64,000 bases of DNA from Spirochaetia bacterium (GTDB lineage Bacteria; Spirochaetota; Spirochaetia; UBA9216): positions 992,001-1,056,000 of the forward strand of contig CAXXYH010000004.1 in NCBI GenBank assembly GCA_963677925.2. The letters are read 5' to 3'. The notes beneath the pieces are model-generated. The model saw nothing but the letters and a program-made list of their open reading frames with translations. It was not told where the DNA came from and did no database searches. Within the stretch, counting starts at the first letter, position 1. Every line of letters begins with the position of its first letter. Made by a program: the position numbers and the translations under genes. Positions 55,714 to 64,000 of this stretch are shown piece by piece.

Positions 55714-56612
55714 TATTTACCCAGCAGTTCTTTCTCTATTCTTTCCCTGGCAGCCGGAGCTTCCTTTTCCATCAGTTCGGGGTAGCCGAAATAAGATACA
55801 CAAATTATAGAGTCTCCTCCGACTTTGAATTTTTTCCCGGCAAAATTCATGTCGCGCAGTGTTTCAAATATTCCGTCAAAATCGACATCTCCGTATCCCA
55901 TCGGGGTATGCTGATGAATAGTCATTTCAACACCGGGAGGATTGACAATGTATCGCAGGCCTGACCCGGCCAGTGCTGTCTGGTTGTAGGTATCGGCAAG
56001 AAGTACGTGGGAAAGGTCCTCTCCGGCATATTTCAGCATTGAGCGGACATCTCCTTTTCCCTCATCATAGAAAAATCCGTGGGACGCTGAGTAGACATAT
56101 TTTACGTAGTCCGAGCGGAATGATTTTACGAGATCGCAGGTTTCATTATTCAATTCACAGAAATCATAGGGGTGGGACTGGATCTCGACCCGGATGTCGT
56201 ATTTTTCGAAGAGCGGAAGCAGCTCCTCCATCGATTTAAACCACATCCCGTTGCAAATTTCCTGCTGATTGGGATCTCCGGAGAGCTCGGTGTTGATTAC
56301 CCTCACTCCCATGGAATCGGCAATTTCAATTATCCGTTTCCAGTTTGCCACAGCATGTTCCCGCTGTACTTCAGTTGGCCCTGACCACCGGTAAACCACG
56401 ATAAAAGATGAAAGTTCGACTCCTGTTTCCTTGAGAGCTTTCCGGTATTCAGCCTCAACATCTTTTGAGAACAGGGGGTGTTTATAGAAAGGGTTGATCT
56501 GCGGGTGGGGTGACTGCTCTATATATTTATACCCCCAGTCAGCAACCTGATGAACCATATCTGTTATATTTTTTTCCCTGGCCAGTACATCAACATCAAA
56601 TGCAATTTTCAT
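55713..56612 (-). CDS. iolH: IolH-like sugar phosphate isomerase/epimerase
   Basis: GYKYIEQSPH, YRWSGP, INTELSG, HPYDF.E, RYIVNPPG, HQH. Confidence 0.8.
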   Translation of the reverse strand: MKIAFDVDVLAREKNITDMVHQVADWGYKYIEQSPHPQINPFYKHPLFSKDVEAEYRKALKETGVELSSFIVVYRWSGPTEVQREHAVANWKRIIEIADSMGVRVINTELSGDPNQQEICNGMWFKSMEELLPLFEKYDIRVEIQSHPYDFCELNNETCDLVKSFRSDYVKYVYSASHGFFYDEGKGDVRSMLKYAGEDLSHVLLADTYNQTALAGSGLRYIVNPPGVEMTIHQHTPMGYGDVDFDGIFETLRDMNFAGKKFKVGGDSIICVSYFGYPELMEKEAPAARERIEKELLGK

Positions 56613-56638
56613 AATTTCCTCCTTAAAAAATCATAAAA

Positions 56639-57580
56639 TCATTGACTTATTGTCTGCTTTAGAGCGTCTATTGAGGTTTCTATTCCACGCTCAACACTCA
56701 TCGTGAGATCTTCCATTTCAAGAGAAACGATACCGTTGTATCCGGTCATCCGGGCAACGGAGAAGAACTCTTTCCACCACTGCAGATCTTTTCCGCAGCC
56801 TACTGCTACATAGTTCCATGTTCGATTAACTGTATCTGTGACCGGCTTGTATTCCATCAGCCCGTTCACATCGCAAAGTCCTCTTTCGATTCTGGCATCT
56901 TTGCCGTGGATGTGGTATATGGCGTCGCCGGTTGCTCTTGCTGCGGCGATAGGATCTGCGCCCATTGCTATCAGATGCGACGGGTCGAGGTTCATTCCGA
57001 TGATCGGGCCGACTGCCTCTCGAAGCTTGAACAGTGTTTCGGTGTTGTATACAAGCATGCAGGGGAATTCTTCCAGAGCAATCTGCTCAATTCCGTGTTT
57101 TTTTGCATGTTCGGCAAACTTTTTCCACCATGGAATAGCTACTTCATTCCACTGGTAATCGATAGTTTCAACCATGTAGTCAGGCCAGGAAACCGTTGAT
57201 GTGACCCAGTTGGGGGTCTTGTCGCCCGGTGCGCCTGCAGGCAGTCCGGACATCATGACTATTTTTGTCAGGCCCAGTTTTCCTGCAAGTTCCACGGTCT
57301 GATAGGAAGTTTTTTCGTGGGCTTTTCCCATATCTGTAGGAGCCAGGGGATTGCCTGAGCAGTTGAGTGCTGCAATTTTCATATCGCGCTTATCAAGCTC
57401 GGCCTGAAAAGCCTTCAGTTTGCCTTTATCGGCCAGCAGTTCGGCTGTTTTTACGTGGGGGCAGGCAGCCCATCCGCCGGCAGTCATTTCTACATAGTTG
57501 ATGCCGTAGCCTTTGACTTTATCAAGCATGTCCGGATAGCTGAGATCTCCCAGAACGTCGGTGCAAATTGATAATTCCAT
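56639..57580 (-). CDS. Sugar phosphate isomerase/epimerase (AP-endonuclease-2 TIM barrel)
   Basis: ALNCSGNPL, MSGLP, NLDPSH, HIHGKD, SLEMED. Confidence 0.85.
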   Translation of the reverse strand: MELSICTDVLGDLSYPDMLDKVKGYGINYVEMTAGGWAACPHVKTAELLADKGKLKAFQAELDKRDMKIAALNCSGNPLAPTDMGKAHEKTSYQTVELAGKLGLTKIVMMSGLPAGAPGDKTPNWVTSTVSWPDYMVETIDYQWNEVAIPWWKKFAEHAKKHGIEQIALEEFPCMLVYNTETLFKLREAVGPIIGMNLDPSHLIAMGADPIAAARATGDAIYHIHGKDARIERGLCDVNGLMEYKPVTDTVNRTWNYVAVGCGKDLQWWKEFFSVARMTGYNGIVSLEMEDLTMSVERGIETSIDALKQTISQ

Positions 57581-57591
57581 CTGCTGTCTCC

Positions 57592-58599
57592 TTATTTATA
57601 AAAATCAGGGCATGCCGGTGTTTCGATGCTTACCCTGGTCTGGGTGTCTCTTGCTTTTGAGGCAGCTGCAGCCGCAACCGATGCAACGTATCCATCCCAG
57701 GCTGTGGGTCCGTCTACTTTGCCTGCAACAGAAGCGTTTATCCATGCCTGGAATTCTATGTTATATGCATCCGGAAATCTTTCAGACCAGTCGGCGCATA
57801 TGGGGTAGACCCTTGCTGTGCTCTTTCTTTCCATCGCAATATTTGGTTCGGGAAGATTTATTGTTCCGTCCTCGCAGACGACTTCGCATTTGATGTCATA
57901 GCCGTACTTGCAGTTTACAAAGGATTCTACGTCTATTCTTACGCCCGATTTAGTTGTGAGATACATTACCTGAGGATCGTGAAAACCGCTTTCGGCATGT
58001 CTTGATGTACGAGGGAATACGACCTCGGCACTTGCATAATCTTCGCCGAGCAGCCACCGCAGGACATCTATCTCATGGATTAATGAGTTTTCAACCGGCA
58101 TAGAGTCATTCCATCCGCTGACAGCAGCATTTCTATGAGCGCAGTGAAGCATCAGCGGAGCACCGAGCCTTCCTGTGTCGATTGCCTCTTTCAGCTGAAC
58201 ATAGCCGGCATCGTAGCGCCTCATGAATCCTACCTGAAGCAGTTTCTTTCCGCCGGCCATCTCGGCATCGACTACATTTTTTGCTTCCTGCTGGGTAGGT
58301 GCCAGAGGTTTTTCGCAGAAAACATATTTTCCTGCCTTTATTGAGGCTATTGAAAGTCTTTCATGATGTTCGTCAGAAGTCGTAATGATTACGGCTTCGA
58401 TTTTATCGCTTTTGATAAGATCTTCAGGTTCTCTGAAATATTCGAGCCCCAGATTCTCTGCCACACTTTTTCCGAAATCGGCGTTAATATCGGCAACCGC
58501 AATAACGCGCCCGCCCTGTAGTCTTGTATTTATTCTTTCTATATGCGTGCGGCCTATTGCTCCTGTTCCAATTAGACCGATCTGTAATTCTTTACTCAT
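57592..58599 (-). CDS. iolG: Inositol 2-dehydrogenase
   Basis: GTGAIG, CEKP, QVGFMRRYD, HRN, HEID, GYDI.CEVV, GPTAWDGY. Start moved to 58599. Confidence 0.88.
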   Translation of the reverse strand: MSKELQIGLIGTGAIGRTHIERINTRLQGGRVIAVADINADFGKSVAENLGLEYFREPEDLIKSDKIEAVIITTSDEHHERLSIASIKAGKYVFCEKPLAPTQQEAKNVVDAEMAGGKKLLQVGFMRRYDAGYVQLKEAIDTGRLGAPLMLHCAHRNAAVSGWNDSMPVENSLIHEIDVLRWLLGEDYASAEVVFPRTSRHAESGFHDPQVMYLTTKSGVRIDVESFVNCKYGYDIKCEVVCEDGTINLPEPNIAMERKSTARVYPICADWSERFPDAYNIEFQAWINASVAGKVDGPTAWDGYVASVAAAAASKARDTQTRVSIETPACPDFYK

Positions 58600-58621
58600 G
58601 GTATTCTCTCCCGTTTGAATG

Positions 58622-59644
58622 TTAGATATTCTCCTTAACAAGGATGTTGATTCCTGTGTAAAAAAACTCCTGTTCTATCGGCTTCTTGTACAATAGATGA
58701 TCGATCATGAGTCTGCCTGGTCTGTACCCCTGCATTTCAAGCTCGCTGTCTATTGTGCACGCAACTATATTTTCATTCACAAGCCGTACTATCTCTTCAT
58801 AACGTTCGAAGCAGATAACCTTTACCCCTCCCTCTCTGCCGAGTGTTTTCAGTGCGTTTCCTACACTGCCCACTCCGCCACATGTTATGTAGATTCCTGT
58901 GATTTCCGGACTGCTCTTTAGTGTGTTAATTGTTTCTGTATAGATAGTTGCGGGATTTTCAAGACTTTCAATTTCTGCCGCTACCCTTATGTAAGGGTAG
59001 GTTTCTTTGATAAAGTCCAGAAATCCTTTTTCTCTTCTGTCTGTATATTTTCCACCTCCATGTTCTGTTCTTCTTGCGATTACAACTATATTTCCGGTTC
59101 CGTTCAGAAACTCTCCCATCAGTCTTGCGGCTACTCTTCCCGCCCTGTATTCATCCTGGCCGACAAAGCAGAGTCGGCCGCTGTCTTCAATATCTAGGTT
59201 GGTGGTGATTACGGGAATTCCTGCTTCGGCAGCTTTTTTGAGTGCTTTTTTTACATAAGGCTCGTTTATCGGAACTATGATTATGCCGTCTACCTTGTTT
59301 TCTATGCATTTTTCAATTGCTTCTATCTGCTTTGCAGACGGATTGAAAGGTGTTATGTGGTAGATTATTTCTGCATTTAATCCCTGATAACCGGCAAGAG
59401 CTCTTTCTATTCCCGATTTGATAAGCTCGAGTGCGTCTATTTCGGTTATGATGGCAGCGATGATTATTTTGTTTTCCTGACGTTTCAGTGCCTGCCCGAT
59501 AGGATTAGGTTCGTATCCGAATTCATCTATTATGGCCTGGACTTTTGTTCTGACGGAGTCGCTTACGCCTTTCCGGCCGTGCAGAACCTTGTCGACGGTT
59601 GATCTGTGAACTCCTGCAATCTTGGCAATTTCCTTGATAGTCAA
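58622..59644 (-). CDS. LacI family regulator with a periplasmic-binding-like sensor domain
   Basis: TIKEIAKIAGVHRSTVDKVLHGR HTH; FVGQD...AG. Confidence 0.92.
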   Translation of the reverse strand: MTIKEIAKIAGVHRSTVDKVLHGRKGVSDSVRTKVQAIIDEFGYEPNPIGQALKRQENKIIIAAIITEIDALELIKSGIERALAGYQGLNAEIIYHITPFNPSAKQIEAIEKCIENKVDGIIIVPINEPYVKKALKKAAEAGIPVITTNLDIEDSGRLCFVGQDEYRAGRVAARLMGEFLNGTGNIVVIARRTEHGGGKYTDRREKGFLDFIKETYPYIRVAAEIESLENPATIYTETINTLKSSPEITGIYITCGGVGSVGNALKTLGREGGVKVICFERYEEIVRLVNENIVACTIDSELEMQGYRPGRLMIDHLLYKKPIEQEFFYTGINILVKENI

Positions 59645-59665
59645 TTAAAAACGCCCTCCAAGTAA

Positions 59666-59679
59666 CGAGCACGAGCTCG
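59666..59679. promoter_or_regulatory. LacI-type operator upstream of the lacI-iolG operon
   Basis: CGAGCACGAGCTCG, a near-perfect palindrome with central CG. Confidence 0.6.
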
Positions 59680-59846
59680 CTGGGAATATATTCTAAACCA
59701 TATCTGAAAAATTGCAAGAAAAATCATCAGATATATTAAATAGACAGTTTTATGCTGAAATCGAAAAATCGGTTATAAATTAATTATTGGAGACTGTTCT
59801 TTGGACTGCAAATATACTGAATGCGCGTTTTCATATGTATTTAACC

Positions 59847-59908
59847 TTGACAATACGATTTTTAGGGTCTAATAATTAAAAAAAAGACTGGCAACGTTTG
59901 CAGTCTTT
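59847..59908 (+). promoter_or_regulatory. iolBD promoter with LacI-type operator
   Basis: TTGACA at 59847 and -10 at about 59870-59876; AAAGACTGGCAACGTTTGCAGTCTTT palindrome at 59883-59908. Confidence 0.65.
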
Positions 59909-60095
59909 GTCACTTCTGTCGATTCTAACGTCTGAGAATTATTTTCCTGTATTTTTCTTCAGGCGCCTGTTTTATCAAAATATCACTCAGCTAAAGGTCT
60001 TATGAAATTTAAAAACTGTTTGTCATAAATTCAGTCCGGGTCCGGAATCGGGGATCGGCTGTAAATGAAATTATATGAATTAGGGGTTGTCAGTT

Positions 60096-60911
60096 ATGAT
60101 TGCAAGGAAAGAGGGACCGTTTAAAAGCGGTTATACATCTATAACCGAACAGCACGGCAGAAATCCGGAAATGCTGCTTGATTTTGGAATACTCAAGCTC
60201 GAAGCCGGTGCCGTCTGGGAAGATTCACAGATGAAGGAACGGGCATGGCTTCTTATCAGGGGCCGTGTTGTCTTTGAATGGGAAGGTTTCAGGACCGAAT
60301 GCAGCAGATTCTCATGCTTTGACGAGTGTCCGTCGGTGCTGCATGTTCCGGAAGGTACGGCGGTTAAGATTACAGCCATCGAGGAAAGTGAATTCGGTGT
60401 TGAAGCATGTGATAATACCAAAAAATTTGCTTCTAAGCTTTACCTTCCGGATGATGTACGGAGTGATATTTTCGGCGGCGGAGTGCTCAATGAGGCTTCA
60501 AACCGTACTGTCAGGACGGTTTTTGACGGAGAGATAAATGCTGATTCAAATATGGTCATGGGTGAGGTTATTAATCACCCGGGTAAATGGTCAAGTTTTC
60601 CGCCGCATGATCATCCTCAGCCGGAAATTTATCATTACCGTTTTTTTCCGAAGCAGGGCTTCGGGGTATCGCTTCTGAATGAAGAGGCTTTTGTTATAAA
60701 AGACGGCGATTCAAGTCTCATCGAACCTGATAAAACCCATTCCCAGGTAGCTTCTGCGGGATATGCAATGTATTACATCTGGATGATTCCGCATCTTCCC
60801 GGCGATCGATGGCTTCCCACTACCAGATATTTCAGGAAGGAGCATGAATGGCTGAAAGAGCCGGATGTAAAGATCTGGCCGGAATTAAAATACGGAGATG
60901 AGGAGAAGTAG
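60096..60911 (+). CDS. iolB: 5-deoxy-glucuronate isomerase
   Basis: GEV...G.WSS.PPH.H.QPE.YHYRF, H.QV...GY.MYYIW. Start 60096 after AGGGG. Confidence 0.85.
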   Translation: MIARKEGPFKSGYTSITEQHGRNPEMLLDFGILKLEAGAVWEDSQMKERAWLLIRGRVVFEWEGFRTECSRFSCFDECPSVLHVPEGTAVKITAIEESEFGVEACDNTKKFASKLYLPDDVRSDIFGGGVLNEASNRTVRTVFDGEINADSNMVMGEVINHPGKWSSFPPHDHPQPEIYHYRFFPKQGFGVSLLNEEAFVIKDGDSSLIEPDKTHSQVASAGYAMYYIWMIPHLPGDRWLPTTRYFRKEHEWLKEPDVKIWPELKYGDEEK

Positions 60912-60915
60912 AAAT

Positions 60916-62850
60916 ATGAAAACAATAAGAATGACAGTGGCGCAGGCTCTTGTTAAATTTCTTAACCAGCAGTATCTGGAATTTGACGGAGTGGAAGATA
61001 AGTTTGTCAAAGGCGTTTTTACTATCTTCGGACATGGAAATGTTGTAGGTATCGGTCAGGCCCTTGAAGAAAACCCCGGTGAGCTGGTTGTTCATCAGGG
61101 GCGGAATGAACAGGGGATGGCTGCGGCTGCTACCGGATATGCTAAACAGAAGCACAGAAGAAAGATCTATGCCTGCTCATCATCTGTAGGCCCGGGTGCG
61201 GCAAACATGGTTACCGCAGCCGCTACAGCCACTGCAAACCGTATTCCGGTTCTCCTTCTGCCGGGAGATACTTATGCTACCAGGCAGCCGGATCCTGTTC
61301 TTCAGCAGATGGAGCAGTTTCATGATCTTACCCTGACTACTAATGACGCCTTTCGTTCGGTAAGCAAGTTCTGGGACAGGATTAACCGACCGGAGCAGCT
61401 TATGTCCGCCATGATAAATGCAATGCGGACGCTTACTGATCCAGTCAATACCGGAGCTGTTACGGTCTGTCTCCCGCAGGATGTTCAGGGAGAGGCCTAT
61501 GATTATCCTGAATCCTTTTTTCAGAAGCGTATTCACCGTCTTGAAAGGACAGCTCCGACGCAGGCAATGGTTGCTGAAGCTGTAAAAATGATTAAATCAA
61601 AGAAAAAACCGCTTCTAATCTGTGGAGGCGGAGTGCGTTATTCAGAGGCCGGGAAAGAACTGGTTAAATTTGCCGAAGCCTTCAATATTCCCTATGCGGA
61701 AACCCAGGCAGGAAAGAGTGCTACACTCTATTCTCATCCGCTGAACATCGGCGGAATCGGGACAACCGGATGTCTTGCCGCCAATACACTTGGCCAGGAA
61801 ACTGACCTTGTAATAGGAGTCGGAACCCGGTATACCGATTTTACGACTGCTTCAAAATGGCTTTATCAGAATCCCAATGTTGATTTTGTTAATATCAATG
61901 TAGCCTCCTTTGATTCGTATAAGCTTGATGCGGTACGGGTAACTGCCGATGCAATGCTTTCCCTTGCTGCAATCAGGGAGGCTCTGGCTGCTGAAGGCTA
62001 TAAATCGGCTTATACAACCGAAATTAAAGCCGCAAAGGCCGAATGGGATATGGAACTTGATCGGCTGTTCAGCCTGAAGTATACGGGTCCCGGCTTTGTT
62101 CCTGAAATAAAGGACGGCTTAACATCGGCTCTGGAGGAATATAGCAGAACTCTTGGCACCAGAATGACTCAGACCCGTGTTCTGGGAATTCTTGATGAAG
62201 TGGTTGATCCGAATGCCATTGTCGTTGGTGCGGCCGGTTCGCTTCCGGGAGATCTGCAGAGGGTGTTCCGTGCGAAGAGTGAGCGTTCATACCATATGGA
62301 GTACGGTTATTCCTGTATGGGCTATGAGATAAATGCGGCATTCGGCGCCAAGCTTGCCGAGCCTGAGCGTGAAGTTTACGCTTACCTTGGTGACGGTTCG
62401 TTCATGATGCTGCATTCCGAACTCGCCACGTCAATTCAGGAAGGTCGTAAAATTAACCTTATAGTATTTGATAATGCCGAGTTCGGGTGTATAAACAATT
62501 TGCAGATGGAAAGAGGGCAGGGAACCTTCGGTACAGAATTCCGTTATCGAAACAGCAATACCGGAAAGCTTGATGGAGACCTGGTTGTTGTAGATTTTGC
62601 GAAGATCGGAGAGGGGTACGGCTGTATAACATACACTGCAAGGGATGAAAAGGAATTGAGAGAGGCTCTTGCCGATGCGGCTAATCAGAAGGTTTCAACG
62701 GTTATTGACGTGAAGGTTCTTCCCAAGACAATGACTGACGGGTACAAAGGCTTCTGGCGGTGCGGGCAGTCTGAGGTTGCTGAAAATCCTGATGTCGTTG
62801 CTAAAACACAGGAACAGAAGGAGGAGCTGAAAAGGGCCCGGCAGTATTGA
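60916..62850 (+). CDS. iolD: 3D-(3,5/4)-trihydroxycyclohexane-1,2-dione acylhydrolase
   Basis: [37 protein letters not shown] (ThDP motif). Start 60916 after AGGAG. Confidence 0.95.
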   Translation: MKTIRMTVAQALVKFLNQQYLEFDGVEDKFVKGVFTIFGHGNVVGIGQALEENPGELVVHQGRNEQGMAAAATGYAKQKHRRKIYACSSSVGPGAANMVTAAATATANRIPVLLLPGDTYATRQPDPVLQQMEQFHDLTLTTNDAFRSVSKFWDRINRPEQLMSAMINAMRTLTDPVNTGAVTVCLPQDVQGEAYDYPESFFQKRIHRLERTAPTQAMVAEAVKMIKSKKKPLLICGGGVRYSEAGKELVKFAEAFNIPYAETQAGKSATLYSHPLNIGGIGTTGCLAANTLGQETDLVIGVGTRYTDFTTASKWLYQNPNVDFVNINVASFDSYKLDAVRVTADAMLSLAAIREALAAEGYKSAYTTEIKAAKAEWDMELDRLFSLKYTGPGFVPEIKDGLTSALEEYSRTLGTRMTQTRVLGILDEVVDPNAIVVGAAGSLPGDLQRVFRAKSERSYHMEYGYSCMGYEINAAFGAKLAEPEREVYAYLGDGSFMMLHSELATSIQEGRKINLIVFDNAEFGCINNLQMERGQGTFGTEFRYRNSNTGKLDGDLVVVDFAKIGEGYGCITYTARDEKELREALADAANQKVSTVIDVKVLPKTMTDGYKGFWRCGQSEVAENPDVVAKTQEQKEELKRARQY

Positions 62851-62874
62851 AAGTACAGAAGATTCCTGAATTTT

Positions 62875-62907
62875 AAAAAGCCGGAGTTACTTGCTCCGGC
62901 TTTTTTT
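62875..62907. terminator. Bidirectional intrinsic terminator
   Basis: AAAAAGCCGGAG-loop-CTCCGGCTTTTTTT. Confidence 0.88.
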
Positions 62908-62930
62908 CTGGTATGCCGGATGGCTTTGTT

Positions 62931-64000
62931 TTAATATTCAAATCTGTTGTTGAAGTAGTCATGAAGGATGTAGCAGGAGGCTCCCAGAATTGAGCCTTCC
63001 TCGTTGAAGTTGGAATATTCGATTCGTATGTTTTTGGGCATCCGTATAAGACTCTGTTTTTCTATCCTTTTACTGAGGTTTGTTCTGAAATAGGGGCCCG
63101 CAGTTCTGTAGTCTCCAGAAATAATTACGACTTCAGGATTAAAAACCAGTATAATGTTTTGTATGCCGATGGCAAACCAATTAATTATTTCATCAAGTAT
63201 TTCCATGCACCATGCGTCGCCGGTGTCGGCTCCGGTAAAAATGTCCGACATTGTTATTTCTCTGTCGGTTTTATCGCTGTAAAGTGAAGACTTTGGGTGG
63301 TTTGTCCTGCCGTCTTCGGCTTTTTTGAGTATTATATCGCTGGAAACAAGCTGTTCAAAGCATCCGTGCCCGCCGCAGTGGCATTCTTCCTTATGGTTGG
63401 GGTCAAGGCACATATGGCCAATCTCTCCTGTAAGGAACCTGGGGCCTCGTTTTATTTTGTTTTCCGCGATTATTCCGGCTCCGAGGCCACCATTGGTAGT
63501 TACTATATCAACAATGTTGGCGTTATCCCTGAATCCTCCGAGTGCTTTTTCCGCAAAGGCAAAGTACCTGTTGTAGTTGTCTATGTAAAAGGGTGCTTTT
63601 AATTCTACTCTGTCTTCAATCATCTTTTTAATCGGAGCCAGAACAGGCCAGGAATGAAATCTGGAAGCAGTAAAACAGTTTCCCTGCTCGGAGTCTATTA
63701 CCCCGGATGATGCAATTGCAATTCCGGCAAGGATAGAATTGCTGCGTTCTTCGGGAAGATTTTCCGGATTTTGCCAGGTTTCAATAAATGCAGATATTAT
63801 TTCGATTATCTTATCGAGTTCTTCATTTTCTTTCAGGAACACCTTCTCTTTGTAGAAAATGCTTGAACGTGCATCAGTGATTGCTAGAATTACCATATGT
63901 TCATAAATGGCAATGCTGATCTGGTAGGAGTAGGTTGCATTGAATTTGTACAGTTCGGGTTTTTTTCCTACATCATCAGTGGCAACAGCTTTTCCTATGT
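62931..64000 (-). CDS. ROK family transcriptional regulator (5' partial)
   Basis: Frame open to the window edge (...DDVGKKPELYKFN...); GLGAGI, GEIGH, CHCGGHGCFE. Confidence 0.9.
   Translation of the reverse strand, partial: IGKAVATDDVGKKPELYKFNATYSYQISIAIYEHMVILAITDARSSIFYKEKVFLKENEELDKIIEIISAFIETWQNPENLPEERSNSILAGIAIASSGVIDSEQGNCFTASRFHSWPVLAPIKKMIEDRVELKAPFYIDNYNRYFAFAEKALGGFRDNANIVDIVTTNGGLGAGIIAENKIKRGPRFLTGEIGHMCLDPNHKEECHCGGHGCFEQLVSSDIILKKAEDGRTNHPKSSLYSDKTDREITMSDIFTGADTGDAWCMEILDEIINWFAIGIQNIILVFNPEVVIISGDYRTAGPYFRTNLSKRIEKQSLIRMPKNIRIEYSNFNEEGSILGASCYILHDYFNNRFEY

Noticed and set aside
59910-60095. Riboswitch or sRNA in the long iolB leader
   Set aside because: No known aptamer consensus or convincing terminator/antiterminator recognised by eye; an Rfam/Infernal search would be needed.
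1-64000. tRNA, rRNA, IS, integrase, phage or anti-phage defence genes
   Set aside because: Nearly all sequence is explained by metabolic and regulatory CDSs; no such motifs were seen in the remaining gaps.

Overview
Core-chromosome-like 64 kb segment, about 45% GC by eye, probably from an anaerobic free-living spirochaete (inferred from gene content and spirochaete-type lipoproteins). No rRNA, tRNA, CRISPR, transposase, integrase or phage genes were seen. From left to right it holds: an HDOD gene; a DUF2089/SHOCT mini-operon; a znuACB operon led by a small ribbon-helix-helix protein with a Cys/His tail; a Cache/HisKA_2 kinase; and a GmhB-TsaC(Sua5) fusion. A 13 kb nitrogen cluster follows: gltD, gltB and an archaeal-type NrpR repressor on the minus strand, divergent from a NifA-like sigma54 activator, amtB, glnK and type III glnA. 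Next come a LacI-controlled alpha-glucoside operon (GH13, ABC transporter, GH65), an NDK-like hypothetical, a sigma54-driven Hsp20, an RhlB-like helicase, a GK5-like kinase, pdxK with a HAD hydrolase, glmS, an internally deleted acetyltransferase remnant, and an exported CMD-cupin/hydrolase/two-component module. The window ends in an extended inositol locus that contains a URO-D/MtaA-family protein. Best candidates for undescribed biology: (1) a hybrid nitrogen circuit in which NrpR appears to repress GOGAT through a GGCA-N6-TGCC operator while a non-nif NifA-like activator appears to drive amtB-glnK-glnA through CCTACA-N4-TGTAGG sites; (2) a non-Fur RHH zinc regulator; (3) a possible methyl-inositol branch. 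All calls come from motif recognition by eye; no searches were run.
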